A stretch of 64,000 nucleotides of DNA from NCBI GenBank assembly GCA_035479375.1, contig DATIIT010000009.1, forward strand, positions 5,073 through 69,072, given 5' to 3'. Source of the DNA: Candidatus Saccharimonadales bacterium. Its GTDB lineage: Bacteria; Patescibacteriota; Saccharimonadia; Saccharimonadales; UBA4665. This document shows positions 46,401-54,273 of this stretch, piece after piece. Within the stretch, counting starts at the first letter, position 1. Each line of letters begins with the position of its first letter. Position numbers and translations under genes: made by a program. The notes under the pieces are model-generated. The model saw only the letters and a program-made list of their open reading frames with translations, ran no database searches and had not been told where the DNA came from.

Positions 46401-47842
46401 CGGCCACCACTTTCTTGCAGCTGGACGGCACCACGGCCGACCCTACCACCAACCTGGCTTCGCTCAACGGCGGCTTGTTCTACAACTCCACCACCAACAA
46501 GGTGAGCTTGATAGAGAACGGCCAAGTGAAGATTATTTGTAACACCACGGACCTGGGCTGCGGCACCGGCACGGTGACGCTGCAGAACGCCTACACCAAC
46601 TCGGTGGGCAGCACCACGCCTGAAATTAAGGTGGACTCTACCCGCGGCGGCGTAGACATCCAGGACGCGGACACTACCATTGGTGCCAACCTGCTCACGG
46701 TGCGTGGCTCCAATGGGAGCGGCCTGGGCGCGGTGCTGTTTGGGGTGGGAAGCGACGGCACCATCGACATTGGCAGCGCAACCGGGACGGCCACGGTGAC
46801 GCTAGGCAAGTCTACAGACAGCCAGACGATCAACATCGGCAATGCCACTACGGCTACCGGCAAGACGCTGACGGTCAACATGGCCACTTCGGCTACGGGC
46901 ACGGGCAAGGCCATCGTGACTATTGGCGGCACCAACGACGCCAGCTCGCTGACGCTGCAGTCCGGCACGGGCAACACGTCGCTGCTGAGCACCGGCAACA
47001 TTACCATCGGCACCTCAGACACTACCGGCACACTGCTGGTGCTGGACACTAAGACAGGCAGCGGTGACCCCACGGGTGTTGCCGGCGGTATGTATTACAA
47101 CTCCAACCTGGGCGCTTTCCGCTGTTTTGAGGGTGACCCGGCAGGCACCGGTTACTGGCGCAACTGTATGCAAACCGCCCACACCTCGTGGCACTACCAA
47201 AACGAGTTGACCACCAAAAACTCCGACGGTGTGATCTCAACGCTAGCAGCCGGCACCGGCGCAATATGTGACGGCAGCAGTATCGCAGCTACCGCCGGGC
47301 ATCCGGGAATTATTGAGCAAGAGACAGGAACGGCAACCAACGGCTACTGCTTGATCGGCTCCAACGACGCCAACGGCCAGAGCATTTTGCTGGGCAATAA
47401 CGACACCTGGCGCTATGAGTCCGCGGTCCAATATCCCACGCTGTCCAACGGCACGGACCGCTATGTGCACCGCATCGGCTTTGATGACTCGTCGGTTGGC
47501 AACCTTGACCCCACAGACGGCTGTATCTTTAAGTACAGCGACAACGTCAACTCAGGTAAATTCCAAGGCGCCTGCTTTAACAACACGGCCACCACAACCT
47601 GCGACACCGGCTTAACTGTGGCGGCCGCCACCTGGTACCGGCTGACCATTGTGGTAAATGCCGCCGGCAATTCCGTGGACTTTGAAGTGAACGGCGTCAG
47701 CAAGTGTCAGGTAACCAGTAATATTCCTACATCACGTGTCACCACATTTATGAGTAACTTTGTGAAAACTCTGGGGACCACCACCAGGTCGGCGTATCTT
47801 GACTATATCGAGCTGGATGCCCAGTTCGGCGGTACTCGCTAG
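40442..47842 (+). CDS. Giant N-terminally membrane-anchored fibre protein C (2466 aa) with lectin-like tip
   Basis: GTG start; TM after LLKRAD; same N-terminal domain as protein B (TPSVQPNAP..GQLYFD.NTNQ); at least 11 Cys-pair modules; neck and ConA-like tip. Confidence 0.75.
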   Translation: MDQNQNTNTNVGPISGGTDQPGTLDYGVAAGVADPEALSLEPVSATLPDEAARAAKRTNVAVRLLKRADVLLVLLLIAGMVGLIVANVRHKAHNKGVASITDQYNTVTLPLAGYVANAQGVNFGSSSVVINGALKVNDGLVVTPSVQPNAPTAGQLYFDQNTNQMAYYNGKSFVPLVSQGAVVQSVGGASGQLTLGNGLSVTGNQLNVAFPSQAASVTSLGGQSGAVSLGNGLTLVGGALQNSGALSITAGNNISVTNDGKGNYTINNTGAGTGTVTSPGGTSGQFALFDGAQDIVGSLLSQSGTTITITGDLNVVTGGLSLGNALTVPNGGTGATSLASNGVVVSNGTAAFTAVTGGSPGLCLLSTAGAPAFGACPGNAGVTTLNGLSGVLAIANASGAGSTITIDDATTAGGKGIASFNNTNFTAAGGVVNTIQDISTTAATTFGRLTLSSNQATNPMLLVNNTNGGASGNLLDLQLGGVSKFSVQPGGNISATGTINGQTISNVANFTGSLGVSGNTTLTGTLAVNGGSIGSSGALSISPTGTLTAGTTGQTLTLQGNGSTTLAATSGGFTTTLSFQAPTANVTYRLPTAAANTYDICTTAGNCTGTGGGVTTPGGTNNKLSKFTGAQTLGDSSISDTGVLVTTSANIAIQGGTATVGVANTQTGSLTLAYGSANFSGTVTQGVLTNNRTYTLPDASGTVCLSSGNCLGGGSGGANTALSNLTSVAINTSLLPGSTSIDLGSAAAPFRNLYIAGSSASPGTNNFQITGSATQARTITIPDATGTICLNNSTNCGFLTGTGTAFVQNGNTLGAAAFMGTSDNFALNLVTNNIARLTLANTGGATFSGNVAINGSTLSSAAALNITPSGTLTVGASAQTLTLQGDGSTTLSATGGGFTTTVGFTGSPTGAVTYNFDRSAAPNTYTICTTAGNCVGGGGGVTTSGGSTNKVAKFSGSQTLADSSLTDNGTTVTTTGNLVVQGGSATVGVANSQTGILSLAYGSANFSGSLTQGTLTGNQTYTLPDATGTICLSSGNCLGGGGGGGANAALSNLSSVAINTSLLPGTTTIDLGSSSAPFRNLYIAGSSGTPGTNNFQITGTATSPRTITLPDATGTVCLNSSASCGFATGSGSAFVQSGNSFGATGVLGTNDNNGLNIRTNGNTALGLSAAGDATFAGNVTIQGTTLSSSGALSITPGSSLTVGATTQTLTLQGNASTTLTATGGGFTTTVGFTGSPTASVAYNFDRTATGGPYAICTTAGNCTGTGGGVTTLGGSTGTIAVFTGSQAIGNSLLSQSGGVVTVAGGLNLTSGNTYQINNTQISSANLSNDSNLAKLSASQTFSGATVTFKNASVDTTNAFNIQNAGGSRLFTADTTNGQIILGTSSTLDGKLVFNNVSNTNTATIVPGTPTGPRTITLPDSTGTICLDSGNCAGAGSTLQTAYNFSVGGTTPKIKLNSTLNGVDIQDADTTIGANLFNVRASNGAGLGSVLFGVGNTGQATLQNSANSTTALRLLTQGGTTVLTGDTTNGKVILGQGGTLDGKLVFSNATNANLVTVSSAAVTNARTVTLPDSSGTVCLDSGNCSGSGSTNTLQAAYNAGNTISTNGNDIAFTVNSSQNFTVTTAATATGGSVFSLADGSNATPPGQLILVRNNDINQPLGKGIAVTSAGGGISTALDASGSNITNALAIGANAISGTNFSVNGSGAVTAVGVNSGSGLLQGAGGLTATGAVSLNTTGTGNTSIGNGTGTLALTSAALNVTTLGAVSGVTTLATSGIITAGSLGAANTTTLLCRNSTNQIATCAGTGAGVAFIQGGNSFGVAGDLGTNDGFELNLRTNNATRITLSTTGDFTWAASSAGNFDQSSSTGTFKTGSGNVSLNGSTTVAATKTLTVTSGLTSLTGNTSGDALNVSNSSSTGNIAVFSDGATAVATWANGGSVLFQNQTDSATAFRIQDTGSGTLLTANTATRTSGVAGNTVKIGDSTGTDTATTFLQLDGTTADPTTNLASLNGGLFYNSTTNKVSLIENGQVKIICNTTDLGCGTGTVTLQNAYTNSVGSTTPEIKVDSTRGGVDIQDADTTIGANLLTVRGSNGSGLGAVLFGVGSDGTIDIGSATGTATVTLGKSTDSQTINIGNATTATGKTLTVNMATSATGTGKAIVTIGGTNDASSLTLQSGTGNTSLLSTGNITIGTSDTTGTLLVLDTKTGSGDPTGVAGGMYYNSNLGAFRCFEGDPAGTGYWRNCMQTAHTSWHYQNELTTKNSDGVISTLAAGTGAICDGSSIAATAGHPGIIEQETGTATNGYCLIGSNDANGQSILLGNNDTWRYESAVQYPTLSNGTDRYVHRIGFDDSSVGNLDPTDGCIFKYSDNVNSGKFQGACFNNTATTTCDTGLTVAAATWYRLTIVVNAAGNSVDFEVNGVSKCQVTSNIPTSRVTTFMSNFVKTLGTTTRSAYLDYIELDAQFGGTR
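42101..44260 (+). repeat. Intragenic tandem repeat, ~2.3 copies of a 325-328 aa unit
   Basis: QTLTLQG.GSTTL.AT.GGFTT begins at 42101, 43076 and 44060; protein B has one copy starting at 33288. Confidence 0.88.
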
Positions 47843-47848
47843 GGTGGT

Positions 47849-48373
47849 CTACTGGCTCAGACGCAGCGACTGGGCCAAATCACTCAGCTCGTCTTTCGTG
47901 GCGCTGGAAGTGTTGAGTAAAATGAGCGTTCGTTTATCCTGGCTGACGATAGTGGCGACTGTGCCGCTCGGGATCGTGCTCAAGATACCCTGGCCAATGG
48001 CTACGGCATCAATAGGGGAGCCTTGCGCGGCAAGGTCGTCTGCGGGGAAGCCGTTGGGCACTGGTTGCTCGTTGACGCTGACCGTCCGGCCGAAGTGATC
48101 GGTAAGCAGTAGGTGTAGCAGACCGGCGCCTTGGTCGTAGGAGGCGTGGGTCATATCGGCCTGAAAGCCGTCGGGCAGGGGGTGCGGCAAATATATGGGG
48201 AAGGACACTGACTCACGAATACGCCCCGGCAACTGTGACGCCCGGGAGTGTGCGGCCATAAACCACAATGCACCGCCAATCACCACTACGGCGCCACCGG
48301 CAACAATGATGCCGAGGAGCACGCCCCGCCGTGCATGTGCCTGCCCCAGACCCTCGTTCTGCTCTCGTTCCAT
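47849..48373 (-). CDS. Single-pass membrane protein (DUF4367-like, tentative)
   Basis: TM GVLLGIIVAGGAVVVIGGALWF; VSFPIYLP..LP.GF and VSVNEQPVP; TACAGT 7 nt before ATG. Confidence 0.6.
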   Translation of the reverse strand: MEREQNEGLGQAHARRGVLLGIIVAGGAVVVIGGALWFMAAHSRASQLPGRIRESVSFPIYLPHPLPDGFQADMTHASYDQGAGLLHLLLTDHFGRTVSVNEQPVPNGFPADDLAAQGSPIDAVAIGQGILSTIPSGTVATIVSQDKRTLILLNTSSATKDELSDLAQSLRLSQ

Positions 48374-48466
48374 GCTGCTAACTGTAGCGTATATTTAAGA
48401 TGAAAATCAACACATGCTTATGTTTACGGCCGTCCGCAAAGGCGGTATACTAGGTGCTATTCGCCT

Positions 48467-50209
48467 ATGCATGAGTTCAGAAAACAAACAGGGCGCGGGC
48501 AGCGCCAAGCTATCGATGGCTTTTTGGGCAGCGCCCCAGGTAAATCGCGCATTGCCGCCCAGCCTCCCCAAGGGCATCGCGCGCGGCTCGATGGCCTCCG
48601 GCCGTCTCTGCGCCAGGTAAGCGATTTCCGCCGCCCCGAAGGCTTGCACCCAGTACAGCCTACCGGTAGCCGCGCCCGGCCACTTGGCGCACCCTTGAAG
48701 CAAGCCGCTCCTGTGCAGGGCCAGGCTGCTACGCCGGCGTCCAGCCAACAGGGCTCGCTGCTGCACATGTCGCTTCCCAGCGGCAGCATGCTCGGCGGCA
48801 GCACCAAAGAGCGCAAACTGTCCCGCAAAGAAAAGCGCCAGGCCCGTGCTAAAAAAGGCGGCAAATGGTACACATTCCGTAAGTGGAGCTTGCGCAGCGG
48901 GCTCGTGGCTGTCGCCCTTGTTTTGGTGGTAGGTGGCTTTTTGGGTATCAAAACGCTGCACCAGCTGCACAAAGTCTTGAAGGGCGGCGGCACTGCCGCG
49001 GCACTGCAAGCCAACGTTAAGCCACAGCTTTTAAAGGGCGAGGGCGACGGCCGCATAAATTTCTTGCTTCTGGGGCGCGGCGGCGACGGCCACGACGGGC
49101 CAGACCTCACTGATACTATCTTGGTGGCTAGCATCGACCCTTTGCATAAGACAGCAGCCTTGGTGAGCATCCCGCGCGACCTGTGGGTTACCGGGCCAAG
49201 CGGCGGCGCAGGGAAGATTAACGCCATTTACGCCAACGCCAAATATGCTGCCCTGGCGCGCAGCCCCAAAGACGCTAGCGGAGCGGACACTGCCGGCGAA
49301 GTGGCCATCGCCCAAGAGGTCACCACCGTGCTCGGTATCCCCATCCACTATCATGTGCTCATGGATTTCCAGGCCTTTAAAGAAGCGGTGGACGCTGTGG
49401 GCGGCGTGGATGTGAACGTGCCCGAAGACCTCATTGACCCGACCATGGCCTGGGAAAATGGCTGGAACGCCACGCTGGCCAAGAAGGGCCTGGACCACAT
49501 GGGCGGCTTCCAGGCGCTGGAGTATGTGCGCTCCCGCCACACCTCGGCCCGCGGCGACTTTGACCGCACCGAGCGCCAGCGCCTGCTCATAGAGGCGCTC
49601 AGCCAAAAAGTGCTGTCCGCCGGCACCTACACCAACCCGCTTAAGATTTCGCAGCTGCTCAGCGCCTTTGGCAACCATGTGTCTACCGACCTCAGCGTCA
49701 ACGACTCGCTGCGGCTGGCCGGCATCTTAAAAGACGTGCACGGGCAGGCCATCCAATCTGTTGGCTTGGCCGACCCGCCCAACAATTTTGTGCACACCGG
49801 TGACATTGGCAGCGCTTCGGTGGTGCTGCCCACAGCCGGCCAAGACAATTACACTGCTATCCAGAACTACGTCCGCAACACCCTAAAAGACCCGTACATC
49901 GCCCAAGAGGCCGCCGCCGTAGAAGTGTTGAACGGCACGAGCACCCCGGGCTTGGCCAGCACCACCGGCGACAAGCTCAAATCCTACGGCTATAACGTTG
50001 TCAAAGTAGATAGCGCGCCCACTTCCAATTATGCGCAGACCACCCTCGTTGACCTCACGGGCGGCAAAAAGCCGTACACCAAAAATTACCTGCAAAAGCG
50101 CTTCAACGCCAAGCTGGCCACCAAGCTGCCAGACGCCACAATCCAAGCAACCGGCGCCGATTTTGTGGTAATCTTAGGGCAGGATGCGACCACTAATAGC
50201 CAAAATTAA
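48467..50209 (+). CDS. LCP (LytR-CpsA-Psr) family transferase with C-terminal LytR_C domain
   Basis: One TM; NFLLLG, TDTILV, SIPRDLWV, KINA.Y, YVRSRH, DFDR.ERQR; VEVLNGT..PGLA C-terminal domain. Confidence 0.92.
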   Translation: MHEFRKQTGRGQRQAIDGFLGSAPGKSRIAAQPPQGHRARLDGLRPSLRQVSDFRRPEGLHPVQPTGSRARPLGAPLKQAAPVQGQAATPASSQQGSLLHMSLPSGSMLGGSTKERKLSRKEKRQARAKKGGKWYTFRKWSLRSGLVAVALVLVVGGFLGIKTLHQLHKVLKGGGTAAALQANVKPQLLKGEGDGRINFLLLGRGGDGHDGPDLTDTILVASIDPLHKTAALVSIPRDLWVTGPSGGAGKINAIYANAKYAALARSPKDASGADTAGEVAIAQEVTTVLGIPIHYHVLMDFQAFKEAVDAVGGVDVNVPEDLIDPTMAWENGWNATLAKKGLDHMGGFQALEYVRSRHTSARGDFDRTERQRLLIEALSQKVLSAGTYTNPLKISQLLSAFGNHVSTDLSVNDSLRLAGILKDVHGQAIQSVGLADPPNNFVHTGDIGSASVVLPTAGQDNYTAIQNYVRNTLKDPYIAQEAAAVEVLNGTSTPGLASTTGDKLKSYGYNVVKVDSAPTSNYAQTTLVDLTGGKKPYTKNYLQKRFNAKLATKLPDATIQATGADFVVILGQDATTNSQN

Positions 50210-50951
50210 GCCGGCCAACGGCTTCTCGAGAGTTGCGCATGTGGGGCTCAATGTTTTGCTGGCCTTACTGGTGTTTGTGCTGGTGCGGATCGATTTTGTC
50301 CAGCTGGCCTTGGCCTTAATTTTGTTAAGTAAGTGGCGTATGTTTGCAGTGCGCCCCCGCTTTTGGCCGGCCAACATCCGGGCCAACTCAGTCGATATTA
50401 TCGTCAGTGCCTCCATTTTGTTGTTTATGGTGCATGCCGGGACCACCTGGCTGCAGCTGGGCTGGATGGCGGCGTACATCATATGGCTGCTGGTGGTAAA
50501 GCCGGCGTCTAGCGCGCTGATGATCTCGCTGCAGGCCATGGCTGGTTTACTGTTTGGCATGACGGCACTGTTTTTGGGTTGGGGCGACGGCGCACTGTAC
50601 TGGCTGGTGCTGAGTGCGGCGGTTATCGCTTATTTGGTGGCACGCCATTTCCTGGACGCCTTCGACGAGCCCTACGCCAAGCTGCTGTCTTACTTGTGGG
50701 CGTATTTTACCGCCGGCCTCACCTGGATACTGAGCCACTGGCTGCTGTTTTACGGCTTCTTGGCGCAGCCAACCCTGCTTCTGACCGCACTCGGTTATGG
50801 CTTGGCCGCGCTGTACTACCTGGACCACAACGACCGCCTGTCTAAAATCGCCCGCCTGGAGATTATTGTGACTACCTTTGCCATCATTATGGCCGTGGTG
50901 GTGTCGCTGTCGCTGAATGTAAGCACGACCGTGCGCGCGCTGCTGCGTTAA
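50184..50951 (+). CDS. Multi-pass membrane hypothetical protein
   Basis: About 8 hydrophobic segments; overlaps the LCP stop, so probably the same operon. Confidence 0.7.
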   Translation: MRPLIAKIKPANGFSRVAHVGLNVLLALLVFVLVRIDFVQLALALILLSKWRMFAVRPRFWPANIRANSVDIIVSASILLFMVHAGTTWLQLGWMAAYIIWLLVVKPASSALMISLQAMAGLLFGMTALFLGWGDGALYWLVLSAAVIAYLVARHFLDAFDEPYAKLLSYLWAYFTAGLTWILSHWLLFYGFLAQPTLLLTALGYGLAALYYLDHNDRLSKIARLEIIVTTFAIIMAVVVSLSLNVSTTVRALLR

Positions 50952-50981
50952 CAACAGAGTAAACGGGGGAATAATAACAGC

Positions 50982-52319
50982 ATGGAAGACCATACGCCAG
51001 ATACGCCAAACGAGGGCAAGCCGGAGCCGCGCACCCCAGCTAAATTCACGCCGCAGTGGTCGGACAAGCCAAAAGAGGCGGACAAAGGGCAGTTAGCCAC
51101 TGGCCGGCCTTCGGCAGCAGGCGCCCGGGTGGGCGCATCCCGCGCAGCGCTCGGCCCGGAACACCCCAAGGTGCGTTTCTTGGCGCTGGCCATGCTGGTT
51201 ATCATTGCGCTGGCCGGCGGCTTTTTGGGTGGCTGGCTCGGCACCCACGACGATACCGGCAAGACGACCATCCAGAAGCAGCAGGTGGTCCTGAAAAGCC
51301 AGGGTGACCTCATTAGCCACATTGCCGCCACCGTGGGGCCAAGCGTGGTGTCGGTAAATACCACAACCACCGTTACCGCAGATAGCACACAAAGCTTCTT
51401 TTTTGGCGGCCAGCCGCAGTCGAGCGAGCAACAGGCATCGGGCACTGGCATTATCCTGACCACCGACGGGCTGATCGTCACCAACCGCCACGTTGTGCCG
51501 GCCGGCACCGACAAAGTCAGCGTCACCCTGTCTGACGGCACTGAGTACGACGACGTTACCGTGGTCGGCCGCACCGCGCCCGCAGACAGCCTAGACGTGG
51601 CTTTCCTGAAAATCGGCGACACCAAGGGCAAAAAGTTGACGCCGGCCACCATTGGTGACTCTACCAAGACGAAGGTGGGCGACTCGGTCATCGCCATCGG
51701 CAACGCGCTCGGGCAGTTCCAAAACACCGTCACCAGCGGCATTTTGTCTGGCTACGGCCGCAGCATCCAGGCCACGGACAGCAACGGCAGTAACCCCGAA
51801 AACCTGGAAGACCTCTTCCAGACCGACGCCGCCATCAACGAGGGCAACTCCGGTGGCCCGCTAGTGAACCTGGACGGGCAAGTGATTGGCATCAACACCG
51901 CCACATCGGCCAACGCCCAGAGCATCGGCTTTGCTATCCCTATAAATGACGTCAGCGGGCTGATTAAGTCCGTGGAAGCCAGCGGCAAGCTGCAGCGCCC
52001 GTACATTGGCGTGGTGTACGTGCCGCTTACCAACGACGTCGCCAAGCAGTACAACCTGAGTGTGACGCGCGGGGCGTACATCCCCACGGCCGACCAAGCT
52101 GGCCAGGACCCGATCATTGGTGGCGGCCCGGCAGACAAAGCTGGCCTGCAGGCAGGGGATATCATCACCAAGCTGGATGACACGGCCATAGACCAAACTA
52201 ACAGCTTGTCCGCGCTCGTAAACAAGCACAGCGTGGGCGATAAAGTAACGCTCACCGTCATCGAAAACGGCAAGACTAAGACCGTAGACGTGACGCTCGG
52301 CGCTGCACCCAGCAACTAG
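50982..52319 (+). CDS. htrA: HtrA/DegP-family membrane-anchored serine protease with PDZ domain
   Basis: TM; TNRHVV (His), DVAFLKI (Asp), TDAAINEGNSGGPL (Ser); PADKAGLQAGDII PDZ. Confidence 0.93.
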   Translation: MEDHTPDTPNEGKPEPRTPAKFTPQWSDKPKEADKGQLATGRPSAAGARVGASRAALGPEHPKVRFLALAMLVIIALAGGFLGGWLGTHDDTGKTTIQKQQVVLKSQGDLISHIAATVGPSVVSVNTTTTVTADSTQSFFFGGQPQSSEQQASGTGIILTTDGLIVTNRHVVPAGTDKVSVTLSDGTEYDDVTVVGRTAPADSLDVAFLKIGDTKGKKLTPATIGDSTKTKVGDSVIAIGNALGQFQNTVTSGILSGYGRSIQATDSNGSNPENLEDLFQTDAAINEGNSGGPLVNLDGQVIGINTATSANAQSIGFAIPINDVSGLIKSVEASGKLQRPYIGVVYVPLTNDVAKQYNLSVTRGAYIPTADQAGQDPIIGGGPADKAGLQAGDIITKLDDTAIDQTNSLSALVNKHSVGDKVTLTVIENGKTKTVDVTLGAAPSN

Positions 52320-52321
52320 TT

Positions 52322-53161
52322 TTACAGAGGTTGGAAGGCCTGCGCAAAGCCCTGGCGGCCGGCCATGTAAAAGCCGGCCGCGCGGGCAAGCAGGGCATTG
52401 GTGTGGTGCTGCGCGGGCAGCGACTCGGTAATTATAAGCATAGGCTTGTTCACGTCACCGGCCAACGCCGCCCAAAAGCGCTTGTAATGGTCGAGCCCAT
52501 CCGGGCCGGAAAACAGCGCCTGTTTGGGCTCATGCCCGGCCGCCCGGTTAATGGTGAGCTGCTCCGGCACGTATGGCAAGTTGGCCAGGATGATGTCGTG
52601 CTGGCGCTTGATGCCGCTCAAGAGGTCCTGCTTTTCCAGGGTGGCGCTTACATGCAGCGCGCCGGAGTTGTGGCGCGCAACCTCCAGGGCGCTATCGTCG
52701 ATGTCATATAAAAATACCTGCGTGCCGGGCAATTCCAGGCCGGCGGTAAGGCCCAAAATGCCAGAGCCGGTGCCCACGTCGGCTACCGAAAGGGCTTCGG
52801 CGCCGTGCTGCGGGTCTTGCGGCCGGGGCAGCTGCGGCACGAACTGCTTTAGCAGCTCAATGATGGCTTCGGATTCCGGCCGCGGCACCAACACCCGCTT
52901 ATCCACCAAAAACGTGCGGCCAAAAAACGGCGCCTGGCCGCGGATATACGCCAGCGGCTCGTGCGTCTCCCGCCGCACCCGTTTTTTATACAGCCCGGCG
53001 TACACCGGCGCCGGGATTTCCCGCTCCGGGTGCGCCAGCAAAACGGCGCGGTCTTCGTGCAGCGCGTCCTCCAGTAAAATAAGCGCGTCCAGCCGTGCGC
53101 TTTCCACGCCGGCCGCTTGCAGCGCAGCGGTGGTTACGGCCAGATATTCGCTAATGGTCAT
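52322..53161 (-). CDS. prmC: Release factor glutamine methyltransferase
   Basis: [28 protein letters not shown]; ATGA overlap with prfA. Confidence 0.92.
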   Translation of the reverse strand: MTISEYLAVTTAALQAAGVESARLDALILLEDALHEDRAVLLAHPEREIPAPVYAGLYKKRVRRETHEPLAYIRGQAPFFGRTFLVDKRVLVPRPESEAIIELLKQFVPQLPRPQDPQHGAEALSVADVGTGSGILGLTAGLELPGTQVFLYDIDDSALEVARHNSGALHVSATLEKQDLLSGIKRQHDIILANLPYVPEQLTINRAAGHEPKQALFSGPDGLDHYKRFWAALAGDVNKPMLIITESLPAQHHTNALLARAAGFYMAGRQGFAQAFQPL

Positions 53162-54216
53162 ACTTCGTCATTGAGCAGCTGGCGTTCGTAGGCTTGCAGT
53201 TGCTCCACGAGGTCGTCAATCTCACCGTTGAGCGCGCCGGGGATATTGCTGCGCGAGTACCCGATGCGGTGGTCGGTGATGCGGTCCTGCGGGAAGTTGT
53301 AGGTGCGGATTTTTTCCGACCGGTCGCCGGAGCCAATCAGTTTTTTGCGCGCGTCAGAAAGCTGCTTCTGCTCTTCTTCAATCTTGATGGCCAGCAGGCG
53401 GGAGCGCAGCACGCCCAGCGCCTTATCCTTATTCTTGATCTGCGATTTTTCGTCTTGGCAGGTCACCACAATGCCAGTGGGCAAGTGGGTGATGCGCACG
53501 GCGCTGTCCGTGGTGTTCACCGACTGGCCGCCGTGGCCACTTGAGCGGTAGACGTCGATGCGCAGGTCGCCCGGGTTAATTTCTACGTCGGTTTCCTCGG
53601 CCTCGGGCAGCACGGCCACGGTAGCGGTGGAGGTGTGGATGCGCCCCTGCGACTCGGTGGCCGGCACGCGCTGCACACGGTGCACGCCGGCCTCAAATTT
53701 GAGCTGCTTGTACATGTCCTCGCCCTTCATGGCAAAGATGATTTCTTTGTAACCGCCCACCTCAGAGGGGGCTTCGTCGATGAGTTCGGCCTTAAAGTGG
53801 TGGCGTTCACCCCAGCGCACGTACATGCGGTACAGCTCGCCGGCAAACAGGCTGGCTTCGTCGCCGCCGGCCGCGGCGCGGATTTCAATGACCACGTCGC
53901 GGTCGTCGTTGGGGTCTTTGGGGGTGAGGGCTTCTTGGAGCGCGGCCTCGTTGGCAGTGGTTTTTTCAGCCAGTTCGTCCAGCTCGGCGCGGGCGAGCTC
54001 GGCCATGTCGGCGTCGCTGCCGGCGGCCAGCTCTTCGGCGTCGCTGCGTGCGCGCGCCAGGCGCGATTTCTGGTCAAACAGCGCCAGCACACGCTCCACT
54101 TCGCTGCGCCGCTTGGCCAGCCGCGGGTACTCTTTGGAGCTGAAGATTTCCGGGTCGGCCAGCCGTGCTTCCAGCTCGCCCAGTTCCTTACGTAGTGCCT
54201 GTTCTTTTTGTTCCAT
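53158..54216 (-). CDS. prfA: Peptide chain release factor 1
   Basis: [19 protein letters not shown] (PxT), [15 protein letters not shown]. Confidence 0.97.
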   Translation of the reverse strand: MEQKEQALRKELGELEARLADPEIFSSKEYPRLAKRRSEVERVLALFDQKSRLARARSDAEELAAGSDADMAELARAELDELAEKTTANEAALQEALTPKDPNDDRDVVIEIRAAAGGDEASLFAGELYRMYVRWGERHHFKAELIDEAPSEVGGYKEIIFAMKGEDMYKQLKFEAGVHRVQRVPATESQGRIHTSTATVAVLPEAEETDVEINPGDLRIDVYRSSGHGGQSVNTTDSAVRITHLPTGIVVTCQDEKSQIKNKDKALGVLRSRLLAIKIEEEQKQLSDARKKLIGSGDRSEKIRTYNFPQDRITDHRIGYSRSNIPGALNGEIDDLVEQLQAYERQLLNDEV

Positions 54217-54273
54217 ATGGTTGTCTAGCGTTCCTGCCGGGATTGTCCCTTGGCGTCAATTAAGTGTAAAACA

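Noticed and set aside
19300-47703. Long antisense ORFs (e.g. 19407-20903, 23665-25311, 31967-34051, 34052-35344)
   Set aside because: Shadow frames of GC-rich, Thr/Gly-rich sense genes; no motifs, RBS or independent coding signal.
18754-47842. Diversity-generating retroelement (TR/VR) acting on the fibre tips
   Set aside because: No reverse transcriptase in the window; the repeat copies I compared differ mostly at synonymous positions of all bases, not adenine-specifically.
18754-47842. Prophage or tailocin origin of the tail-fibre-like genes
   Set aside because: No integrase, terminase, capsid, sheath, baseplate or lysis genes; the proteins carry Sec signals or TM anchors and surround parAB.
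32007-47842. Classical trimeric autotransporter, sortase substrate or type IV pilin
   Set aside because: No C-terminal beta-barrel, no LPxTG-TM-basic tail, and no G|F-x3-E prepilin motif (also absent in the 146-aa and 174-aa proteins).
53158-53161. Alternative genetic code 25 (UGA=Gly) as in Gracilibacteria/Absconditabacteria
   Set aside because: TGA ends prfA (ATGA overlap with prmC) and the gene at 31888, and the long genes read through without in-frame TGA.
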